From Aulosira sp. ZfuVER01 (GTDB lineage: Bacteria; Cyanobacteriota; Cyanobacteriia; Cyanobacteriales; Nostocaceae): a stretch of 64,000 nt of DNA. A model generated the notes under the pieces. The model was not told the origin of the DNA. It did no database searches and was given only the letters and a program-made list of their open reading frames with translations. The position numbers and the translations under genes were made by a program. The stretch covers positions 1 through 64,000 of the forward strand of contig JAVRCV020000063.1 in the NCBI GenBank assembly GCA_034530615.2, read 5' to 3'. This document shows positions 40,872 to 49,858 of this stretch, one piece after another; positions within the stretch are counted from its first letter, which is position 1, and each line of letters opens with the position of its first letter.

Positions 40872-41333
40872 ACCCCCTCCCAGAGAACCCATTTGTTTCA
40901 TTGCTTTACTTTGCAGATTTTGCACACCACGATGCAAATCTTTAAAGCTACTCCAGCGTTGCCAATTACTAACAGATTTTTCAACCTCTTTATTTTCGTT
41001 GAATCCAGTAGGAATTGCTGCTTCAATATCCAAGCGGATTTTCTTTAGTTTGCCTTCTAGTTGTTCACCAGTAAATGGCATTTTAATCGCACACATTCCG
41101 CAACCCACATCTACACCGACAGCAGCAGGTATAATGGCTTCTTTTGTCGCTAATACAGAACCAACTAAAGCACCTTTACCTAAATGGACATCTGGCATCA
41201 ATGCTACGTGTTTAAATACAAATGGCAATGATGCTACATTCTTGGCCATTTTGGTTTCTTCTGGCCCCAAAGCATGATTAGCCCAAGATAAAACTGGTGC
41301 TGGTGTAGTAATTTCTAACTTTTCGTAGGGCAT
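40872..41333 (-). CDS. rtcB: RtcB RNA ligase, exon 1
   Basis: LMPDVHLGKG, PAAVGVDVGCGM, ending KQMGSLGGG (154 codons). Confidence 0.95.
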
Positions 41334-41452
41334 AATTTCCTCTATTTAAGATTGTTCCAGTGTAATTTGAAATTAGGTGGATTCTTACGCATATACATCA
41401 TGATTAATGGTATTAATTTACATCTTATACCATTTTAGATTTTAGATTTTGC

Positions 41453-41496
41453 GGAAAGTTGCGTGGGCGGCTCTGCCGACTTGAGCAAATTTTCCA
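41453..41496. repeat. About 44-nt palindromic dispersed repeat
   Basis: GGAAAGTTGCGTGGGCGGCTCTGCCGACTTGAGCAAATTTTCC, related to the 9627 and 62141 copies. Confidence 0.6.
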
Positions 41497-41527
41497 AATC
41501 GGATTCCTATATATAATTCAATACAGT

Positions 41528-43729
41528 TTAAGTTAGAGATTTTGTGAAAAGGCGACCATCCAAAACTAGGCTAAGTTGCCTGTTGGCAAGAACGCTAGTT
41601 CCTAGGATATAAGGAGCAACTGGGATTGCTTCCCCTAGAGGATGGATCGTAGAGGATTGTTTGCCGATGATGCAATCTACTTCTAAAGCACATAGTTTGT
41701 CTAAATAACGAAATACTAATAACGGCTTATCCTGCTTGAAAGCATTTAGTGTATCTGTACTGTAGGTGTTAACTGGGGTAGGAAAGTGGTTAGGAGAAAT
41801 CAGCACATCAGTCAGTAAGTGGATAGGGACGAGCATTTCCGTTGTTGGGAAGCCACTGGTGCCAGAAGACTGCAAAAATAACATGCGTCCCGCTTGAGTT
41901 TGGAGAATTTGTTCGGACTGGGATAAACAAATTTGCTCTACGGAATCGGCAACAAATGCATAGAGTCTGGAGTTAGCTTGACAGACGATAAGTTGAGCAA
42001 TTTTTTGCTCTAGGGGAATTTGCAGCGAGAAGGCTGTACCATGTCCAGCTTTAGACTTCAATACTATTCTTCCTTGAATAGCTGTTAATTGCTTGCAAAC
42101 TTCAGTTAATTCTGCTCCTAACTCTAAAGCAGCGCGATCGCACAAAACAGATGAAACTTCTGGTTCAAGTATTAGTTCAGTCGGTTGTAGAATATCCCCT
42201 GGTTTTGTCAGGGCGAATCCTTGGGCTAAAGCTTGTTGATAGATTTGAGATAAGTTAAGTCCTGCGCCATCATCACAGCCATCAATAATTAGTTGATTTC
42301 CCTGCTGGTAAACTTGAATTTCGATGATACCATTGCTATTTTTACCTAGCTGTTGGCGTGTTTGGCAAGACTCTATACTTTGTTCTAGTAAATAACAACT
42401 GATATGCAGTAGCAGGACACGGAGGCGATCGCTCAACGCCCGATCGACTTGGATATCACTAATTTGTAAATGTAGTCTAGCAGACTTATCTTGTAGAGCT
42501 TGTAACTGAGACCAAAGCCGATACAATGGTTCTAAGGCTACTTTTAAAGGAATAGTTGTAACTTTTTTAACTAAATCAGCAGAACGGTTAAGTAAATTTT
42601 CCTGCTGTACGATTTCTTGTTTGAGTTGGTAACGCTCGTTATTCAGGGAATGAACAGTTGATGCCACAACAGACGCTTGAGCTAAAACAGATTGCAAAGT
42701 ACTGTACAATTGCTGAGAGCGAGAAGCAGCTAAAGGGGAAAGGGTATCTGAAATTGCTGCTAAAAGTCCTGACCATTCCTGTAAATTATCCAGCAGGCGT
42801 TGTAATCGTTTAACTTGTCGAAGCAACTGCCCGATAGTATGTTGCTGTTGTTCTTCCTGACAAGCTTGCTGATTATAGTGAGTTAGTAATGTTGTAATCA
42901 GTGCATTTAGTTGTTCGAGATGCTGAATATTGATTGGTGTGGCGGCTGGAATACTGGTTGCAACAAGGGTGGGAATGTATTCTTGTAAAGAGAGTGTATG
43001 GCGATCACTCAAAGATTTAACTAGGGATGCTTCAGATGTTTCAGCAGGTAGGAAAAAATCTCCCAACCAAGCCTGAAACTCTTCTTCCCCATATTCCTCC
43101 AGGTTTGCTAGTTCTCCTATCTTAGCGGGAAGTCGCTCGGTATCTACGTGATAAAGGCTGCCAGACTGAGGGCTAGTTTCATCTATTAGCTCCTTGTCTT
43201 TAACCGTAACTTGCTCTGCTAGAGCCGCAGAAGATTCTACCTCGGACAAGGAATCGCCAAACTGGATAACTGATTGATGTTCCGGTGATCGCTCTAACGA
43301 TGTATCAAGGTTTGTTTCCTGGGAATCCCTAAACTCTGCTTGCAAACGAGCAACAATGGCAGACATCCGCTCCAGAATTTCTACTTCCTCAATTTTCGAG
43401 GCTGTTAAAAATCCCATCAACAGCATCTGTAGGCAATCTAATCCTTCCGACAATAGGGAGGCGATGGGAGCGTCAATAATTGCCCGATACTGATACAAAA
43501 GCTGAAAAATCTCTTCTAGTGCAGCCGCAACTATAGCAATCGTCTCTAGTTCGGCTGCTATAGCAATCGAATGCAGAGAGCCAGCAGCTTCCATGAGAGC
43601 CAAAGCTGTACCGGGGTTACTGTCTTTTGTATAGTTAGGCAACTCCTGCTCCAAGAACAGTAACAAATCGATCGCTTCTTCTAGAAAGCGATCGTCGTTC
43701 TGCGGTTGGGGGACAAAATCGGTACTCAT
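41528..43729 (-). CDS. Degenerate CheA-like protein (Hpt-like, HATPase-like and CheW domains)
   Basis: FLEEAIDLL Hpt start, DDGAGLN, GHGTAFSLQIP, C-terminal CheW; catalytic residues missing. Confidence 0.8.
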   Translation of the reverse strand: MSTDFVPQPQNDDRFLEEAIDLLLFLEQELPNYTKDSNPGTALALMEAAGSLHSIAIAAELETIAIVAAALEEIFQLLYQYRAIIDAPIASLLSEGLDCLQMLLMGFLTASKIEEVEILERMSAIVARLQAEFRDSQETNLDTSLERSPEHQSVIQFGDSLSEVESSAALAEQVTVKDKELIDETSPQSGSLYHVDTERLPAKIGELANLEEYGEEEFQAWLGDFFLPAETSEASLVKSLSDRHTLSLQEYIPTLVATSIPAATPINIQHLEQLNALITTLLTHYNQQACQEEQQQHTIGQLLRQVKRLQRLLDNLQEWSGLLAAISDTLSPLAASRSQQLYSTLQSVLAQASVVASTVHSLNNERYQLKQEIVQQENLLNRSADLVKKVTTIPLKVALEPLYRLWSQLQALQDKSARLHLQISDIQVDRALSDRLRVLLLHISCYLLEQSIESCQTRQQLGKNSNGIIEIQVYQQGNQLIIDGCDDGAGLNLSQIYQQALAQGFALTKPGDILQPTELILEPEVSSVLCDRAALELGAELTEVCKQLTAIQGRIVLKSKAGHGTAFSLQIPLEQKIAQLIVCQANSRLYAFVADSVEQICLSQSEQILQTQAGRMLFLQSSGTSGFPTTEMLVPIHLLTDVLISPNHFPTPVNTYSTDTLNAFKQDKPLLVFRYLDKLCALEVDCIIGKQSSTIHPLGEAIPVAPYILGTSVLANRQLSLVLDGRLFTKSLT

Positions 43730-43753
43730 CGAAACTCCTGGTTTGTGACAATT

Positions 43754-44974
43754 CTATGGCTTCGACATTGATTTGAGGGTACAAGCAGCGATGTCGGCGA
43801 TCGCTTTAAATTGTTCTTGGATTTGCGCGATTGACTCCAGCCCAGCACTGATTTGGCGATCGCACGGTTCGATAGCAGAAGCTACATCTCCTGTTGCCAC
43901 CTGGAGTTCTTGAAACCATTCCTCTATATTGAGCGTGCTTTCGCGGGCTTGGCGGGCGAGAATTTCTACCTGTTCGGCAGCAGCTAGCAAACTTAGTTCT
44001 TGATCGTTAGCTTTTGTTGCTTCAATAGCTGTATTCAAGGACAAAATCTGAATTTTGCTACTCAAGCCTTCCACAAGTCCAACAAAGCCAGAAGCTTGCT
44101 GGCAAAATTCACCAAGGTATTGCAGCTGTTTATTTGTAAAAGCAACAGTATCTTGAATAGACATTAAATACTCACGCTCTTGCTCGGTAATTCTTGCTCC
44201 TTCTTGTACGGCTTGACTCACCTGCTGCAATGGCACTAATAACTGTGAGCGATCAAAGGATTCAAGCTGTTGAACAGGTGGAGTTACTATTTCAGCCGAG
44301 TGCAAGTTAATTGTCAATATCATTCCTACTTGTTGCAGCAAACTGCGCTCTGCTTCTTGCCATTGTCGGGGTGTAAGGCAATGCTGAATAACTAACAAAC
44401 CCCAGGGCTGTTGTTTGACAATCAAGGGTAAGCACAGACTCGCTTGCACCTGAAAGCGTTGCCAAAATTGCTGTTGGCGCGGGGTTAGTTCTAATACTTC
44501 AGTTGGGTTACTAAAATCAGGTTTGGTAACAAACAAATTTATCGGTAGGGATTGGTTGAGCAAGGATGTCCAACCCGGTTGTATAGCTTCAGCGATCGCC
44601 CGAGAGCGATTATCTTCCTCAAAACGATAAATCAGGACGCGATCGGCGTTAAGAACATCTTGCAGGGCGGTGACTGTAGCTTCCAAAAGTGCGGTTTGAT
44701 TTTTTGCTTGCTGCATTTGCCGAGCAATTACCGCCAGTTGTTCTCGCTGGAGGTGAAAAGCCCTTTGCACATTATCATCATTGTCACTGGGCGAATCCTG
44801 AGCCAAAGCTTGGATAAAAGCTTCGATTTGACTTACCTTGTGCTGCAATTGAGCGACCTTTGGCCCCTTAGCAGATTGAAAGACTGCTTTGAGTACAGCC
44901 ACATTAGCCAAAATTTCTTCTATCGGGATTTGATTGTCAACAGGCTCGGTTTGGTCTAAAGTTGCGATCGTCAC
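43754..44974 (-). CDS. GAF-domain short methyl-accepting chemotaxis protein
   Basis: ADRVLIYRF GAF without bilin Cys; LSLNTAIEATKA MCP hairpin. Confidence 0.85.
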   Translation of the reverse strand: MTIATLDQTEPVDNQIPIEEILANVAVLKAVFQSAKGPKVAQLQHKVSQIEAFIQALAQDSPSDNDDNVQRAFHLQREQLAVIARQMQQAKNQTALLEATVTALQDVLNADRVLIYRFEEDNRSRAIAEAIQPGWTSLLNQSLPINLFVTKPDFSNPTEVLELTPRQQQFWQRFQVQASLCLPLIVKQQPWGLLVIQHCLTPRQWQEAERSLLQQVGMILTINLHSAEIVTPPVQQLESFDRSQLLVPLQQVSQAVQEGARITEQEREYLMSIQDTVAFTNKQLQYLGEFCQQASGFVGLVEGLSSKIQILSLNTAIEATKANDQELSLLAAAEQVEILARQARESTLNIEEWFQELQVATGDVASAIEPCDRQISAGLESIAQIQEQFKAIADIAACTLKSMSKP

Positions 44975-45003
44975 AGAAAACTCCTTGGCAGCATCAAGTT
45001 AAA

Positions 45004-46017
45004 TCAGTGGGTTTGCCATTGCAATGTCTGGGCGATCGCTTTGGTGTCTAAAATCCAGCGATCGCCTGGCAGAATACCTCGAACAAAATTTAGTAGTTTG
45101 TTGGGGGAAAAGTCGGTTGGTGCCGATTGTGCTTGCTGTAAATCCTGCCACTCTACATCTAAGACATGAGCGACCAAAAACCCGACTACCTGATTTTGAA
45201 GTTCAAGAACTAGAATTATTGGCTTTTCTGGTCGTGACTGTCGCTTAAAAAGCGGTGCATAACCAAGCAAATGTTCTAAGTCAACCAGTCGCAGCATCTG
45301 TCCTTGCCAATTATAGAAACCTAAAATCCAACTTGGTAAGGCCGGGGCTGGAGAAATTTCTGAGCTAGCGATATGAATCGTGTCCACTACTGAGTGAAAT
45401 GGTAGCAATCCACTTCCGCGATCGCCCAAGGAAAAACGCAGAAATCTCTGCCGTTGTTCGCATGATGTCAGTCCAGGAGCAAATGACTGGGTTGTTCCGG
45501 GCAACCCCAACTTATCAGCTAATATCTGGTTCATGCCTAGAAGCAGGACTTTGAGTGGTTCTTCATTTGGTGCTACAGATAAGACAGCCATGTGGCTAAC
45601 AAAGTTTAACTCCGCTACTTGCCGATAAGACCAAGGCACCGGACGCACAGCTGACAAAGGAATATCGATTAAAGCAGGGGGCTTGTCCACAGGAATGCCA
45701 CAAAGTTCTCCAGTCCGTGTTTGAGTTAGAAGTAAAAAGCGTCCTGAAGTGTCAATTCCAGAGAGAACTTGGTGCGTTTGTTGGGGTTGTACTTTCTGGC
45801 GCAAGTCCACAATCGTAATAGTTTGCGCTCCCAGATCGACCATCCCGATCCCGCTTTCAACCGTACTGCTAATAGGAGGACAAGCAATCACCTTGAGAAC
45901 TGCACCAACTGGCAGGGCAAATAAATAGTCTGCGATCGCAAAAACAACAACTCGTAATGAGTCGCTCTCGGTCACAGTGCCAGATAATCGCTTAAACGGA
46001 AAGGGAGTGTTAAGCAT
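45004..46017 (-). CDS. cheW: Tandem CheW-domain protein
   Basis: Two CheW-like domains; WILGFYNWQGQMLRLVDL. Confidence 0.85.
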   Translation of the reverse strand: MLNTPFPFKRLSGTVTESDSLRVVVFAIADYLFALPVGAVLKVIACPPISSTVESGIGMVDLGAQTITIVDLRQKVQPQQTHQVLSGIDTSGRFLLLTQTRTGELCGIPVDKPPALIDIPLSAVRPVPWSYRQVAELNFVSHMAVLSVAPNEEPLKVLLLGMNQILADKLGLPGTTQSFAPGLTSCEQRQRFLRFSLGDRGSGLLPFHSVVDTIHIASSEISPAPALPSWILGFYNWQGQMLRLVDLEHLLGYAPLFKRQSRPEKPIILVLELQNQVVGFLVAHVLDVEWQDLQQAQSAPTDFSPNKLLNFVRGILPGDRWILDTKAIAQTLQWQTH

Positions 46018-46084
46018 AAGTCGGTTGGTGTGGTGTTAGGGGGGCAGGGGAGTAGGGGAGCAGAGGAGCAGGGGAGAAAGAATA

Positions 46085-46514
46085 TTAACGCTTCATTAGC
46101 CAAGGTGAGGGGTCAGTAATCATATTCACCAAACCATCTAAGATGCGATTGTAGATTCCATATAATTCTCTGCCTAATTCAACATCCAAATAATTGCACT
46201 TAACAGCAAATTCAAGCCATGTTTGTGTTTCTGCTGCCTCTGCTTGTCTACGACACGCTTCGCGAACACAGTCATTGAGTTTAGCCACAAAAGCTCCTTC
46301 ATATCTACGCTTTCTCCAAGCTACCCTTCGGGAACGCTGCGCGAACAGCTAGATTTGCACAAACAGAACGTGACGAACGACGGATCTGATCTGTTAATGA
46401 ATACCGCTCCTCGACAGGAAACTTTTTAGAGAGTTCAAAGATTTTCATAGCTCCATCGAATGCCATTTGATAGACTTTCAAGTCTTGATGATTTTTAATT
46501 GGTTCTTTTTCCAT
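46085..46514 (-). pseudogene. Four-helix-bundle (23S rRNA IVP-like) protein disrupted by two SDR insertions
   Basis: DLKVYQMA...ERYSLTDQIRRSSRSVCANLA..AWRKRRYEGAFVAKLNDC.EAEAAETQTW; removing the 22-nt (46324-45) and 21-nt (46246-66) inserts gives a 128-aa ORF. Confidence 0.88.
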
Positions 46515-46546
46515 CTCTATCTACTCCTCTGCTCCCCTGCCTTATC

Positions 46547-49500
46547 TCAGGTATTAACCAATTCAGCGATCGTGGCTAGGAAGTTCTGTTCGGAATAGGG
46601 TTTGGTCAGGTAAGCTTTCGCCCCTAGAGCTAAAGCTAATTGGCGATGCTTCTGTCCGCTACGGGTAGTCAGCATCACCACAGGAATCCCTGCCAAACGC
46701 TCGTCTTGGCGATGGTGTTCTAAGAACTCAAATCCATTCATACGTGGCATTTCAATGTCACAAATCACCAGATTGACATCACCGTTTTGCAGCATTTGCG
46801 CGATCCCTTCTCGACCATCACCTGCTTGCAACACTTGATAATCGGCTTTCTGGAGCGTCTGCACCAAACTTTGCCTTTGGACAACTGAATCTTCCACTAC
46901 TAACACCGTCTGTCGATTAGGTTGAGCAACGGCTGTATTAACTTCGATTGGCTGTTGCTGCGGTTGCGTTATCGTTAGCTCGGATTGCTGCCCCTCTAGA
47001 GCCAGAACAGGCTCAGGCGCAGGCAATAGTTTAGTTGCAAGACTGGATGCCTGAGAAGTCGGCATCATATCTGTCTCCCAGGTTTGGCGAACTAACTCCA
47101 ACGGATCAATGGTGAGGGTGAGACTACCATTTCCCAAGACACTGTAGCCTTGGATGTAACTAGGTAAAGTCAGGACTCTGCCGAGGGATTTAATTACTAA
47201 TTCCTGCTCGACTAAAATCTGATCGACTTGCAAACATAGGTATTGCTGCTCTGTTTGCAACAGCAGCAGAGGTTCGACGGTGTTCCGTTGTTTGACTGGA
47301 AAAGGACTGAGGGTTAAATTGTGGTCTTGGGTGAGTAAAGGATATTTGTAATCCAGCAAATTGGCAAGCGGGCGGATGGGAACTAGTTGCTGATTTTGCC
47401 CTTCTCCCCACTGCCAGAATTTTTGGATGCCTTGGCCGTGTAAAGATTGCTGCACTTGAATCTGGTCTGGCTGCGGTAATAAAACCTGGCTAATTCCTTC
47501 AGACAGCAAGGCATAAGTAATACCTTGAGATTGGCAAACAAGCAAGCGTGCTGTTGTCAAGCTCAGAGGCAATTGCAGGATAAAGGTGGTTCCCTGCCCT
47601 GAAAGCGATCGCACCACAATCGAACCTTGTAAAGCTTGCAATTGCGTGCGAACGACATCTAAGCCGATACCGCGACCAGATAATTCACCAATCTGGGTAG
47701 CGGTAGAAAAGCCTGGTTCAAATAATAACTCTGCCAGTTGGTCTTCGGAGGCGTAGACTGCTTGTTCCGGTGTCAGCAGATGTTTTTCTATACCTCGCTG
47801 ACGAATGGATTCCCAGTTAAATCCTCGACCATCATCTCGTACCTCAATAGTAGTGCGGTTGCCTTGATGATAGGCTTGAATTGTAATTGTTCCGGTTTCT
47901 GATTTACCTTGCTGTCTACGGTTTTCTACTGATTCAATGCCGTGATCGAAGGCATTGCGAATCATGTGTAGCAAGGGATCGTACAGCTGCTCGGAAATGG
48001 CTTTATCTACCAGTACTTTCGTACCGTCAAGCTTGAGTTCAACAGGCTTATGATAAGTTGCTACCATCTGTTGCAGGAGGCGGGGAAAGCGATTTAACAC
48101 TGTTCCCAGGGGAACCATTCTGGCTTGCAGCAAATCTTCCTGCGCTCCTGAAAGGAGTTGCTTGCGCTTGCCGAGGCTGAAGCGAGATTGCTGAACTAAA
48201 GTATTAAAAGTCTCAATCCGTTCTCCTAATTGCACCATGTCTTCTGTGAGATTTTGCAGGAGAATGTGCAACTCGCTATAGCTATCCATTTCTAAGGCAT
48301 CAAAATTAGATTGTGCCTGGGCAGTTGGGGAAGCACGGACAATTGAGCAGCGTGGGTATCGCTGCTTTGCGCGTTCGGGAACCAGTTGTCGATCCGACCA
48401 AGTAAAAACTTTACTAAGTTGTTGTTGACAGTGCAAAAACTGTAGTAGAGTCTCTTGAGCTGCTTTGTGGATGTGATTAGATTGTAGGTTTTGTTGGTTT
48501 TCGTTGATTAGCAATTCCCCAATCGTGTGGCTGAGGCGATCGAGTTGTTCGATCGCTACTCGGATAGTGGGAAGTGATGCCGATGACTGAACCTGGAGGC
48601 TTGGCGCTGGTGGTGGAGAGGCAGGCCGATCTGAATCTGAGTAGCGGCAGGATGTCTGTGAATCTCCTATCCAGATTGACTGTAAAATCCGATCTATGGC
48701 AGAGGGGGCTACTACCGCATCCTGAGAAATTGGTTCGAGTACCTCCGGTGCTTTCGCTACGGAATTATCAGTTCGCTTGGGGAAAAACGACCAAATTGAT
48801 TCTGCTTCGCTGGCATTGAGGAGGGGGGATGGCTGATTCGTAGTCGTTGGTGTTAGTTGGGCAGCGATGAAAACTGGCTGCCCTTGCGGTTCTGGAACAC
48901 GAGTAGTTAACCCTGCCCATGCTCGCAATTGTGGAGATATTTCTCCGCCTTGAGTGCGATCGCCTGCGAGTACTGCTGCTTGAGCCGCTTTAAAATTTTC
49001 TAAAGCCACCTGAGCGATTTGCCGTACTTTGTCTGGATGCGCTTTGAGGGCGTTGAGGGTCGCCTGAGCAATTTCTCCCAATCCAGATAAGCCATAAGAT
49101 GCTGCTAGTTCGGCAAAAAATTCTGCTTGGGAACTGAGTGTTGTTTGAATTTGTTGCGGATCTTGGCTTTGGATGTCAGCTTCCAGGTGTTGCAAATCCT
49201 GGGGTACACTCCCGGAAAAGATTGACTCTACCACATCAAAGCCAAGTTCTTCTGAACTGGGAAGCGGAGCCTCACGACCAAAAAAGTCGCCTAGTTTATG
49301 TTGCAGTTGAGCGAAGATTGAGGCAGTTTTATCGAGTATTTCTGCCTCATTGCAGGTTAAGCCCATCAAGGTTGCACTCAATGGAGTTCGCAGGCACTCA
49401 TAAGCATCTAGAAGCAAAGCACCCAATTCTGGATCGATTTCCAATTCTTGCGGGTATAACGCCTGGAATACATCTTCCAAATGATGGGCAATTGTCTTAA

Positions 49501-49690
49501 TCGTTTCCTGTCCAACACTGGCAGCACTCCCTTTGAGAGTATGGGCGCTTCGCATCAAAGCGTGAACTTTGTCTGTGGTTTTTTCATCAAGTAAACCGAT
49601 AAGACTCTGTTCGATGGTTTGCAACAACTCTGCCGCTTCAGCCAGAAAAGCCTGCTCTAACTGCCGTTGATTACTGGGATCGGTGTTCAT
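46547..49690 (-). CDS. ptxE: CheA-like hybrid histidine kinase (Hpt-HATPase-CheW-REC), PtxE-like
   Basis: RSAHTLKG, LLHMIRNAFDHGIE, DDGRG, SGRGIGLD, CDIEMP receiver. Confidence 0.9.
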   Translation of the reverse strand: MNTDPSNQRQLEQAFLAEAAELLQTIEQSLIGLLDEKTTDKVHALMRSAHTLKGSAASVGQETIKTIAHHLEDVFQALYPQELEIDPELGALLLDAYECLRTPLSATLMGLTCNEAEILDKTASIFAQLQHKLGDFFGREAPLPSSEELGFDVVESIFSGSVPQDLQHLEADIQSQDPQQIQTTLSSQAEFFAELAASYGLSGLGEIAQATLNALKAHPDKVRQIAQVALENFKAAQAAVLAGDRTQGGEISPQLRAWAGLTTRVPEPQGQPVFIAAQLTPTTTNQPSPLLNASEAESIWSFFPKRTDNSVAKAPEVLEPISQDAVVAPSAIDRILQSIWIGDSQTSCRYSDSDRPASPPPAPSLQVQSSASLPTIRVAIEQLDRLSHTIGELLINENQQNLQSNHIHKAAQETLLQFLHCQQQLSKVFTWSDRQLVPERAKQRYPRCSIVRASPTAQAQSNFDALEMDSYSELHILLQNLTEDMVQLGERIETFNTLVQQSRFSLGKRKQLLSGAQEDLLQARMVPLGTVLNRFPRLLQQMVATYHKPVELKLDGTKVLVDKAISEQLYDPLLHMIRNAFDHGIESVENRRQQGKSETGTITIQAYHQGNRTTIEVRDDGRGFNWESIRQRGIEKHLLTPEQAVYASEDQLAELLFEPGFSTATQIGELSGRGIGLDVVRTQLQALQGSIVVRSLSGQGTTFILQLPLSLTTARLLVCQSQGITYALLSEGISQVLLPQPDQIQVQQSLHGQGIQKFWQWGEGQNQQLVPIRPLANLLDYKYPLLTQDHNLTLSPFPVKQRNTVEPLLLLQTEQQYLCLQVDQILVEQELVIKSLGRVLTLPSYIQGYSVLGNGSLTLTIDPLELVRQTWETDMMPTSQASSLATKLLPAPEPVLALEGQQSELTITQPQQQPIEVNTAVAQPNRQTVLVVEDSVVQRQSLVQTLQKADYQVLQAGDGREGIAQMLQNGDVNLVICDIEMPRMNGFEFLEHHRQDERLAGIPVVMLTTRSGQKHRQLALALGAKAYLTKPYSEQNFLATIAELVNT

Positions 49691-49728
49691 AACACAATAC
49701 GCTTGGTGTCAAGGAGATTTATCTGTTA

Positions 49729-49827
49729 AGGCAGGGGAGGCAGGGGAGGCAGGGGAGCAGGGGAGAGTTTTTGTACAAGTTCTTTCCCCTCCGCCCCTCT
49801 GCCCCTCTACCCCATGCCTCCTGCCTT
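49729..49827. repeat. Inverted STRR-type repeat cluster (GGCAGGGGA)n
   Basis: aggcaggggaggcaggggag... followed by a complementary cccct...cctgcc arm. Confidence 0.75.
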
Positions 49828-49858
49828 ATCCTGAGAATAAATATTCACCACGACCTAC

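Noticed and set aside
40633..41277. 214-aa plus-strand ORF
   Set aside because: Antisense shadow of rtcB exon 1 and the intron; no recognisable motif
39341..41333. rtcB as two separate genes or a pseudogene (ORFs 40839-41333 and 39341-40063)
   Set aside because: Precise intron removal restores one continuous 393-aa frame
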